Shown: positions 57,036 to 64,000 of the stretch, one piece after another
Position numbering within the stretch: the stretch's first letter is position 1
How the letters are laid out: every line of letters begins with the position of its first letter
DNA from: a virus
Virus record (IMG/VR): IMGVR_UViG_3300027963_000043
Location: 32,001 to 96,000 of that record
Direction: 5' to 3' (one strand)
Length of the DNA stretch: 64,000 nucleotides
The notes under the pieces: generated by a model
What the model was told of the DNA's origin: nothing
The model's database searches: none
The model's input: only the letters and a program-made list of their open reading frames with translations
Made by a program: the position numbers and the translations under genes

Positions 57036-57845
57036 TTATATACTTATCCATTGTTTAGGTATTAAATCTTCTAGGTTCCATGTTCCATTATAAGCTGGCC
57101 CAAGCCAATTTTTAGGAGCTATTACTTTATTGTCTTGATTTAACCAAGCTCCCCACCAAGAAAAACTGCTATTTGCTAGGATATTATTTTTACAGTTCGA
57201 CATCATATACATATCTTCAAATGCATGGTTATTTTCCATATATAAAAAATTTATATGTTTAAATTCATTAAATATATTTTTTGCATAATCAATACTATCT
57301 GAAAAAACTAAATAGTTTGCGCAATTTAATAATTCAAAAGCTTTTCTATAATAATCTTTATTCATAACAGGATGATGATTTTGCCTATAGATATAATCTC
57401 CACATCTTAAATGTACTGAAGAAAAATTTTTATAATCTAAATTATATTTTTTATCTATTTTATCTTTTATTGACTTTTTAAATACAAGTTGCTGTTTTAA
57501 ATCTTTTTCAAAATTAGTGAAATATTTATAAGATTGAAAATAACCTTCTAGGGTTGTAAAATCTGGAGCATTAAATACGTCTTTATTATAAGATATTGCA
57601 TTTCCATCTTCAACTTTATATTTTATTAGATTTATATCTTGCTCCGAAAGAATTTCCGCAGAAATATTATCGAAACAATTTAAAAAATAATGCTGAATTC
57701 TTTTGGTTCCTTCGTCAAAATGCTCTTCTGTTTTTGGTATTTTAATCTGATAATTATTTACTTTGCCTACAGAATAAAGTGCAGCGTATTGAAAAAGTTG
57801 ATTTCCAATCGCTCCATATTTACCTAATTTAACAAATGTTATCAT
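57036..57845 (-). CDS. GT11 alpha-1,2-fucosyltransferase-like
   Basis: GAIGNQLFQY, EGYFQSYKYF, VHLRCGDY, NSSFSWWGAWL. Confidence 0.9.
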   Translation of the reverse strand: MITFVKLGKYGAIGNQLFQYAALYSVGKVNNYQIKIPKTEEHFDEGTKRIQHYFLNCFDNISAEILSEQDINLIKYKVEDGNAISYNKDVFNAPDFTTLEGYFQSYKYFTNFEKDLKQQLVFKKSIKDKIDKKYNLDYKNFSSVHLRCGDYIYRQNHHPVMNKDYYRKAFELLNCANYLVFSDSIDYAKNIFNEFKHINFLYMENNHAFEDMYMMSNCKNNILANSSFSWWGAWLNQDNKVIAPKNWLGPAYNGTWNLEDLIPKQWISI

Positions 57846-58540
57846 ACTGGTCGCATTCTATAAAAATTTTCCATTATGGCTTTTCCATAAGTTGCATTTC
57901 CAAGGTTAATATCTGAGAAGCTATCCCTTTGCGTTGCTAAGTATTCATTTGTACAAAATCCTTTATTTTGACTTAAAAAGTGTCTCATAAAAAACCCATC
58001 ATAAGATTCATTTCTTGCTTGCCAATGAATAATATCTAATCCTTCTGGAATATGGCTTAAAATAGGTTTAAAGGCTGATGAGTTATATGATATCGCATGA
58101 GTAGTTAATGCACTTTTAATTCTTAATAAATTTGGACTTACTCTTTCTAGTGGTTCTTTAATTTTTTCATCTGTTACATTCATTCCAAGATAAAATATGT
58201 CCCACTCCTTATCTTTTATTTCATTTACAGATAAGGCTAAATTTGTTATTGGATCATTATGAAATTCTACGTCATCTTCTAAAACCAATACATTTTTTAC
58301 ATTTTCATTATTACAAATTTTTATGATTTCTCTATGGGAAGCTGTGCATCCACAAGCTCTAATATTAATAAATCTAAGTTGTTGAGGTAATTCTCCTATA
58401 AATTTAATTGCATCAAATTTAATTACTTTCTTTTCAATTCCTAGCTTATTGAATTCTTCTAGACATTGTTGCCATTTATCAGTTCTTTCTGGAAGATTAA
58501 TACAGTATATTCTTTCGAAAAAATCAAATGGATTATTCAT
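57842..58540 (-). CDS. GT25 glycosyltransferase
   Basis: YCINLPERTDK, GCTASH, VLVLEDD, YLG, TTHAISY. Confidence 0.88.
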   Translation of the reverse strand: MNNPFDFFERIYCINLPERTDKWQQCLEEFNKLGIEKKVIKFDAIKFIGELPQQLRFINIRACGCTASHREIIKICNNENVKNVLVLEDDVEFHNDPITNLALSVNEIKDKEWDIFYLGMNVTDEKIKEPLERVSPNLLRIKSALTTHAISYNSSAFKPILSHIPEGLDIIHWQARNESYDGFFMRHFLSQNKGFCTNEYLATQRDSFSDINLGNATYGKAIMENFYRMRPV

Positions 58541-59423
58541 ATATGAGATGTTTGTGATTTTGTCTATCTTTTTCTAAAATATTTGGAGAAAATTGATAAT
58601 ATGCCTGAGAATTAGTCCATCCTCCATTTTTTGCAGTTAAAAATTCTATAAATTTATTTGTTATATTTAAATCTATAACTTCTAATGGCATTTGAGAAAA
58701 TGGGCTTTTTTTATTTTTTATACTTTCTTGAATTAAAGTATTAGATGATTCTTCTGTTTTCCATTCTGAATTTAAGTTTCCATCGTATGTTGAGACGACT
58801 TTTTGACTTACTGACTTAGCTCCACCCATATAAGAATAATGCCATCCACCATTCTCTATTCTTGGCATGAAATCTTTATCTCTTCTTAATAGTTGAAGGC
58901 CCATGCCAAAAGACAATGTGTTTAAATATTTTAATCCTTCATATTTGCAAGCTACTGTTCCAGTAACATTCTTATTAGTATAGATATTTATATAATGAAC
59001 AAAAAACATTTGATTTAATGCAACAATTGGATATTTTATAATATCTTGAAAAATATTTTTATTTGGAATCTCATCACAATCTGAAATCATAATAATATCT
59101 TCATCTAAAAGATTTAGTTTTTCAATTTGTTCAAATAATCTTATTCTTTGCTCATGTTCTTTCGCCCCAATCTTTGCGTCTGGAAAAAATTTTAACATTA
59201 AAATATCAAATCTTCCATCTAGTTCTATTGGGGAATAAATAATCTTATCTTTAAATTCTTGTAATCTTTCATCTTTCCAAAAAAATAATTCTTTATCTTG
59301 GCCTTGGTGAGTTTTCGTAGCTTCATTAATTACGAAGTAATCTACTGTATCGTATAATTCTTTTATTCTAAGATATGCGATATCTTTTTCATTAAAATAC
59401 ATAAAGGAATCAATTAGTTTCAT
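58533..59423 (-). CDS. GT17 (MGAT3-like GlcNAc transferase) glycosyltransferase
   Basis: FMYFNE...LRIKELYDTVDYFVINEA..THQG, EQR, MISDCDEIP, GGWHYSY. Start at ATG 59423 (ATGA overlap). Confidence 0.85.
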   Translation of the reverse strand: MKLIDSFMYFNEKDIAYLRIKELYDTVDYFVINEATKTHQGQDKELFFWKDERLQEFKDKIIYSPIELDGRFDILMLKFFPDAKIGAKEHEQRIRLFEQIEKLNLLDEDIIMISDCDEIPNKNIFQDIIKYPIVALNQMFFVHYINIYTNKNVTGTVACKYEGLKYLNTLSFGMGLQLLRRDKDFMPRIENGGWHYSYMGGAKSVSQKVVSTYDGNLNSEWKTEESSNTLIQESIKNKKSPFSQMPLEVIDLNITNKFIEFLTAKNGGWTNSQAYYQFSPNILEKDRQNHKHLIYE

Positions 59424-60256
59424 TGTAGTATCCATTGTTCCGAAGAATCAATTTCATCTAATGAATGATTCAAAATATTTAACCTGTAGAATCTTCTTAT
59501 CAATCTTTCGTTATTAATAAAAAATTTCATATTATTATTAATTGGATTCATTCGCCAATATTCTTTTAATGAATCTAAATTAAATTTTATTCCCAAACTT
59601 TCGCAAAAAGATCTAAATTGTTGCCTTATGCTTTCTTGTTGTTGGTATCTTTCTGGAGTCTTGCCATTATCGTAATAATGAAGAACGCAATGATTTGATC
59701 TTCCATAAATAAAATAATATTTCATATCGCTATCTATATAATGTTTTCTTTGAGATGGTCTTTCCTCCCATGCGAATAATTGTTGATTTTTATTATAATA
59801 TTCGTAAAGATCAATATAGCCACCCCTCATTCCTTGAAGCCCCCAATGTGGACTTCCTTGAAATATCATGTCATCAAAGTACTTAACGAGAAAAGCTTTT
59901 TGTCTATCAACGCAACTATTTACTTTATTCTTTTCTAGAAAATTTTCTATAAAATTACCCAAATTCTTTGCCCAATCTACATTTAATCTTTCGCAACTAT
60001 CTCGAATAACTAACCAATCGCCATTTTGCATTACATTTGCTCTTAAAAAGCCGTTCATTTGAAGATCGTGGTCATTTGACCATTCTCTATTTATAATCTT
60101 TCCTTGACCCTTTCTTTCATTTAATACTTCTAACGTACCATCTGTTGATCCTCCATCTACAAAAATTAACCCATCAAAATATTGATATATGTGTTTAGTC
60201 ATATCGTCAATATTCTGCTTCTCATTTTGAGTAATGCCGCAGAGCCAGATTTTCAC
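59420..60256 (-). CDS. GT2-like glycosyltransferase
   Basis: FVDGGSTDGT...WSNDH...RDSCE (DxD variant). Confidence 0.7.
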   Translation of the reverse strand: MKIWLCGITQNEKQNIDDMTKHIYQYFDGLIFVDGGSTDGTLEVLNERKGQGKIINREWSNDHDLQMNGFLRANVMQNGDWLVIRDSCERLNVDWAKNLGNFIENFLEKNKVNSCVDRQKAFLVKYFDDMIFQGSPHWGLQGMRGGYIDLYEYYNKNQQLFAWEERPSQRKHYIDSDMKYYFIYGRSNHCVLHYYDNGKTPERYQQQESIRQQFRSFCESLGIKFNLDSLKEYWRMNPINNNMKFFINNERLIRRFYRLNILNHSLDEIDSSEQWILQ

Positions 60257-60267
60257 AATTTAAAAAA

Positions 60268-61233
60268 TTATACTAGATTATTAAGAAAATGTCCAAGCTT
60301 TTCTGTTTCTTGATTATTATCAATAATTTGTCTTATTACATTAGCGGTTGTATATTGAAGAAAATATCTATAATCTTTGCTTTCGTATAAAGCTTTTAAT
60401 TTAGCTATATATTCATATTCGCTTTCAAAAAATAATGCTGTTACATTTTCAATGCTCCAATGCATTAAGCTTTTATTTTGAATCATTTTACGATGCATTA
60501 GAACTGGCTTACCACAAGCCATACTTTCAATAACTGCTATGCCATATCCTTCTAGATGTTTAATATGTTGAGTTGCAATACTTGATTTTAAACTTTTGGT
60601 TAGTTCTTCTTGAGAACTATTGGCATGATAATGATAATCTATATATGGGGTAATTTGCTGTAGCGCTTTGCTCATATTGTATTCTTGATTGAAATTTTTT
60701 TCGTATTCTGAGATATAAATTCCAACTATATTACCATCTGTTGGTCCATCAAAAGTGCATCTGTCATAATCAATCCAAGGTTTATAATAAAGATGATTTA
60801 CTTTATATTTATTTGCTAATGCATATCCAACATAATCGGCACAAAGATAATTTTTAATAATATAAAATGGATATGCTCCGTCCCAATAATCATTTCCGCT
60901 ATAACAAACTAGTTTGCTAGTATCTTTTAAATACGGCCAAATTTCATTTAATATTTCAAATTGACTTTCAAAACTTGTGATAAATACTACTTCTGGTTTA
61001 ATATCTAATATTTGATCTTTATTTAAAACTTTTACATTTTTATATTGGAATTCAATATCTGCTTTTTCTTGAGTCCAAGATGTATTCCATATCCATTGAT
61101 TAAAGTCTTTGGGTGGAAAATTTGTTGGAATATATTCGTTGCTGGGTAGAATTAAGGTATGACCAAGCTTATGGAATGCTTTTGCTATATTTTTTGTTAG
61201 ATTTAAATGTATATCTGGCCAAAATATGTTCAA
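60268..61233 (-). CDS. GT-B (GT4-like) glycosyltransferase
   Basis: HIKHLEGYGIAVIESMACGKPV; TTG start. Confidence 0.72.
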   Translation of the reverse strand: MNIFWPDIHLNLTKNIAKAFHKLGHTLILPSNEYIPTNFPPKDFNQWIWNTSWTQEKADIEFQYKNVKVLNKDQILDIKPEVVFITSFESQFEILNEIWPYLKDTSKLVCYSGNDYWDGAYPFYIIKNYLCADYVGYALANKYKVNHLYYKPWIDYDRCTFDGPTDGNIVGIYISEYEKNFNQEYNMSKALQQITPYIDYHYHANSSQEELTKSLKSSIATQHIKHLEGYGIAVIESMACGKPVLMHRKMIQNKSLMHWSIENVTALFFESEYEYIAKLKALYESKDYRYFLQYTTANVIRQIIDNNQETEKLGHFLNNLV

Positions 61234-61271
61234 TACATATACTATTTAAAATATTTTATTTTTCTAAAAAA

Positions 61272-62687
61272 TTATCCACCATTAGGATCTAGTATCGGAT
61301 CCGAATTTTCGGTTACACGGGTTTGGTTCCCACCGTTATTTGGATTACCATCAGTGGTATTAGTGCCTCCAGTTTCTTGTGAAGATCCAACTCTAGTTGG
61401 ATCACTAGTTGATAAGTCGGCATCTTCAGGTATTCTAAGATCTGTAGGAGGAACATATGCTGCTGCTGCTTGTTGAGCAGCAAGTTGTTCATTTTGAAGT
61501 CGAGTTCTCATGTTATTCATTCTTTCTCTAAGTCTAGCCATGAGCTGTTGCATTCTTCCAACTTCAGCAAGGTAATTATTAGGATTAATACCGAGACTAA
61601 GAATTAAATTATTAATAAAAAAACTTCCATTCAAATCTCTGCCAAATCCAAAACTTGCCCCTAAGTTAAATACTCCATCACTTTTTGAATCTATGTTAAA
61701 TTTAAATCTAAAACCTTCAACAGGAAGAACTGGTGGAACTCGAAAACTTCCACCATTTTTTACAACATCCCATATATTTCTAAGAATGCCAGATCCTCCA
61801 TTACCGTTTGCGTCTACAGGAGTTCCTAGCCAATTATCAAAGCTACTGTGACTTCCAACTGGTTGTTGTACGAAAAATTTGTCTATAATATTATTGATTG
61901 TCTGTTCATTTGGTACTTCGTCTATTCTAATCTTAAAAGAGGAGTCGTTTAATTGTACTTGTCCAACGCCTTTTGGCACAGTCCAAATAACAATACATTT
62001 TGCACAAATTTTTGTATCCCATACTCCTGTATTACGTCCTTCTCTCTTTACAGCTGAAACTGATTGAATTCCATCAGGTGAGGTAAGAATTGTAAAATTT
62101 CCTTCTAATGTACTTTTTAAGTAATAATCAAATACATTACTCTGCGCTCCATAGAGTCTAGTAAATGCTTTTTCGAAAAAATCCCTACATTGAAAAATAT
62201 GTGGCCCAGCAAAAAATGGATTTTTTCCATTACATAAATAAAAAGCACCGCAATCATTTAATATACCATCTTTTTCTTCTGCTTTGTTTACAATTGCGAC
62301 AGCAATTCTTTGAATCCAACTTTCAGTAATTTGTTTGTTTGGATAAGCTTCAGCGAATTGTGACATAATTTCTTCAGAAACTATTTGTACAGGTCCTGGA
62401 TGCCATATAGTTTGATCTGTGTATTCTCCCTTAAAAATTTCTTTTATTCTAATATTTTCTGGACTATATTCGTCTCCATCTTTATCAAAATATATTTTTC
62501 CAGCTAACTTTTCTCCACCAGCTTTTGTTTGATAAACAGATATTCCTGTGGCCTCAATTGATATACCATTAGCTGGAAGACCACATGCAAGAACGTCATC
62601 ACATTGATTGCGGTCAATGAATGCAATTTCTTGATTCGATACAATCTCATCCCATCTTTCACATCTTAATCCTATAGGAATAGCCAT
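61272..62687 (-). CDS. Hypothetical (probably late) protein
   Basis: 471 aa preceded by GTGTAA; Cys-containing N-half, coiled coil, low-complexity G/N/D/T tail. Confidence 0.65.
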   Translation of the reverse strand: MAIPIGLRCERWDEIVSNQEIAFIDRNQCDDVLACGLPANGISIEATGISVYQTKAGGEKLAGKIYFDKDGDEYSPENIRIKEIFKGEYTDQTIWHPGPVQIVSEEIMSQFAEAYPNKQITESWIQRIAVAIVNKAEEKDGILNDCGAFYLCNGKNPFFAGPHIFQCRDFFEKAFTRLYGAQSNVFDYYLKSTLEGNFTILTSPDGIQSVSAVKREGRNTGVWDTKICAKCIVIWTVPKGVGQVQLNDSSFKIRIDEVPNEQTINNIIDKFFVQQPVGSHSSFDNWLGTPVDANGNGGSGILRNIWDVVKNGGSFRVPPVLPVEGFRFKFNIDSKSDGVFNLGASFGFGRDLNGSFFINNLILSLGINPNNYLAEVGRMQQLMARLRERMNNMRTRLQNEQLAAQQAAAAYVPPTDLRIPEDADLSTSDPTRVGSSQETGGTNTTDGNPNNGGNQTRVTENSDPILDPNGG

Positions 62688-62695
62688 ACTGTTAT

Positions 62696-62701
62696 TTACA
62701 C
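62696..62701 (-). promoter_or_regulatory. GTGTAA putative late-promoter motif
   Basis: Between the tmRNA 3' end and ATG 62687 (8 nt away). Confidence 0.6.
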
Positions 62702-62724
62702 GCGAATTATATAAAAAAGAATAA

Positions 62725-63112
62725 TGGACCCGAGAGGAATTGAACCTCTGTCTTTTAAAAATCTAAATTAAAATACTACAAGTTTAGTTCTTTTTGTTTT
62801 TAGCTCTATATAGATAAAGAACAAACATACTTAGCGATTTTATTTTTAATATTGAATAAAATAAGAATAAAAAAACTTATTATACTCAAACATCTAATTA
62901 CGCAACTATCCAATAGATGTATCATGGTAGTCACGCTGTAGAACTTAGGCTACAGAAGCGGTCATCTCAACTAGAGAAGCTCTTGCAGAGATATGACCTT
63001 TATATTTTGCTGTTTTGGCAGTTAATATAAGTGAAACTTTTTAAGGAGTCCTCGATTCAACCTCCACTTGCATTCTAATTCATTTCTTTAAAATCGAAAC
63101 CAGTACGGGCCC
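62725..63112 (-). ncRNA. ssrA: tmRNA (transfer-messenger RNA), 388 nt
   Basis: 5' GGGCCCG-TACTGGTTTCGA pairs with 3' CGGGTCC-A (G3:U70 alanine determinant, A73 discriminator, CCA not encoded). T-arm AGAGG-TTCAATT-CCTCT; internal tag ORF present. Confidence 0.95.
62945..63019 (-). other. tmRNA tag reading frame: (A)AKTAKYKGHISARASLVEMTASVA*
   Basis: Resume context attaactGCC; 24 codons to TAA. Confidence 0.8.
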
Positions 63113-63134
63113 ATTGAGAAAGAACTAACTAATC

Positions 63135-63140
63135 TTACAC
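63135..63140 (-). promoter_or_regulatory. GTGTAA putative late-promoter motif upstream of the tmRNA
   Basis: 22 nt before tmRNA G1 at 63112. Confidence 0.55.
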
Positions 63141-63141
63141 A

Positions 63142-63351
63142 TTATAAAGCTTTTAACAGTTTTTGGCAATCTTTTTTATAAACAAAATTAAACTTAATTC
63201 TTGATCCATTTATATCTGAAATTAATTGGGGTATAGCAATACATGGATACTGATCTGGCTTATCATAAATATTCTCATTAGAAATATTATAATACTTTAC
63301 GCATTTACTAGCGTAAACTGACCATCTGGCTTTATTTTTTATAATTTCCAT
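63142..63351 (-). CDS. Hypothetical protein
   Basis: 69-aa ORF with its own sigma70-like promoter. Confidence 0.6.
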   Translation of the reverse strand: MEIIKNKARWSVYASKCVKYYNISNENIYDKPDQYPCIAIPQLISDINGSRIKFNFVYKKDCQKLLKAL

Positions 63352-63359
63352 TTCTACTT

Positions 63360-63388
63360 ATTATAAATAAAATTTGACAAAAGTGCAA
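63360..63388 (-). promoter_or_regulatory. sigma70-like promoter
   Basis: TTGCAC-17-TATAAT, 8 nt before ATG 63351. Confidence 0.7.
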
Positions 63389-63402
63389 ATTTAATATAAT
63401 AT
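63374..63402 (+). promoter_or_regulatory. sigma70-like promoter for the putative ncRNA
   Basis: TTGACA-17-TAATAT; predicted start about 63409-63411. Confidence 0.65.
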
Positions 63403-63410
63403 AAATTAAC

Positions 63411-63737
63411 ATAGTTCCCAATTAGAGCAGTTTGTTGATGTCAAACAATCAACTATCAATCCCTGAGATAGCAATGTCATAAGGGCTGACAACTATTAAA
63501 ACCTTCATTTGTACATAATATGGCTAAAGAAGGAAATGTAGCTATAGGCATCGCAGAATGTAGTGATCGAAGCTACCTCTGATCAATAAGTGCGATGGCC
63601 CTTTTACCGCTGAGATCGCGGTAAAATTTGGAGTCAAAAGAAAAGTTGGATTGATAATACTCAACTTCAGATATATAAAATCTGGAGGTAAAGCCCTTTT
63701 GGATATCAAAGAAAAGTTAAATAATTCAGGAAACTAT
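63411..63737 (+). ncRNA. Candidate unclassified structured RNA, ~327 nt
   Basis: No long ORF; ends pair (atagttccc / ggaaactat, 8 of 9); at least six internal stems, a GCAA tetraloop, crossing helices; about 36% GC by hand count. Confidence 0.6.
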
Positions 63738-63772
63738 ATTAATATCAAACTTAATTCTTATAGTATTTATTC

Positions 63773-63778
63773 GTGTAA
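63773..63778 (+). promoter_or_regulatory. GTGTAA putative late-promoter motif
   Basis: 15 nt before ATG 63794. Confidence 0.55.
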
Positions 63779-63793
63779 TTTATAATACATATT

Positions 63794-64000
63794 ATGTTTA
63801 AATATATATTAGGATTATCTGCATTTATTTTAGCTTCGTGTGCTGCATTTTTTTCAATCAAAGGAATAGCTCTTCTTTTTGCGGCTAGCTTTTGGAGCGT
63901 TGGGATAATGGCTGGAAGCTTAGAGATAGCTAAATTAGTAACTGCAAGTTATCTATATAGATGCTGGTATTCAGTTCATGATTTATTGAAGAAATATATG
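63794..64000 (+). CDS. Membrane protein, 3'-truncated
   Basis: MFKYILGLSAFILASCAAFFSIKGIALLFAASFWSVGIMAGSLEIAKLVTASYLYRCW... runs off the window; two hydrophobic helices. Confidence 0.75.
   Translation, partial: MFKYILGLSAFILASCAAFFSIKGIALLFAASFWSVGIMAGSLEIAKLVTASYLYRCWYSVHDLLKKYM

Noticed and set aside
11247-59435. Longer N-terminal starts from the ORF track (11247, 29444, 30831, 32703, 36938, 40108, 40989, 41707, 52947, 53905, 54552, 59435)
   Set aside because: They overlap the upstream gene or promoter; downstream starts give tight coupling and family-typical N-termini.
61313-61318. Additional GTGTAA (- strand) 79 nt upstream of the GT4 gene
   Set aside because: Inside a coding region and followed by C instead of A/T; compatible with a chance occurrence.
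2229-61476. Short ORF-track entries overlapping long genes (e.g. 2229-2450, 2536-2733, 3355-3591, 6250-6435, 11528-11761, 12714-12932, 15014-15287, 15610-15822, 16186-16401, 18740-19003, 21730-21921, 22295-22507, 27008-27199, 33225-33410, 42184-42405, 44767-44982, 47217-47582, 47224-47460, 47735-48049, 54058-54249, 56802-56987, 59868-60062, 61207-61476; also 61879-62067)
   Set aside because: Antisense or alternate-frame shadows wholly or mostly inside well-supported genes, with no motifs or expression signals.
62725-62752. tRNA gene
   Set aside because: This is only the 3' acceptor/T-arm of the tmRNA; there is no anticodon arm, and the matching 5' end is 388 nt away.
63520-63582. 20-aa ORF (MAKEGNVAIGIAECSDRSYL) inside the candidate ncRNA
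   Set aside because: No SD, and it overlaps the most highly paired region; structure explains the sequence better. Ribo-seq would settle it.
1-64000. Alternative genetic code (stop-codon reassignment)
   Set aside because: Standard-code ORFs tile the window densely, conserved enzymes are full length, and TAA, TAG and TGA all act as stops.

Overview
This window is an internal segment of a large, AT-rich, tailed dsDNA phage genome with a siphovirus-type (non-contractile) tail. No terminase, portal, integrase or sigma factor lies in the window, and the host cannot be determined from it. Layout: (1) 1-22.7 kb, + strand: end of the major capsid gene, a set of fibre/adhesin genes, head-tail connectors, tail tube, chaperones and a 2080-aa tape measure protein. 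(2) 22.7-31.3 kb, - strand: a lambda-like M-L-K-I-J tail-tip block facing the tape measure gene. (3) 33-48 kb, - strand: recombination and replication genes (Rad52-like annealing protein, Whirly-like SSB candidate, a DnaE split over three genes, Cas4-like nuclease, primase, ThyX, DnaB, RecA). (4) 46-61 kb: a glycosylation island; the whole window has about 14 glycosyltransferases, 3 nucleotide-sugar enzymes and 2 methyltransferases. (5) 62.7-64 kb: a tmRNA, and beside it an unannotated ~330-nt structured RNA candidate with its own promoter. The best unexplained signals are the structured RNA candidate, a GTGTAA motif in front of 14 mostly late genes, sigma70 promoters 6-9 nt from start codons (leaderless mRNAs), the glycosylation system alongside Ser/Thr-Gly-rich virion proteins, and a GFIPNF-delimited cassette with a nuclease-like motif inside the tape measure protein. 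All family assignments come from motif recognition by eye; no searches were run.
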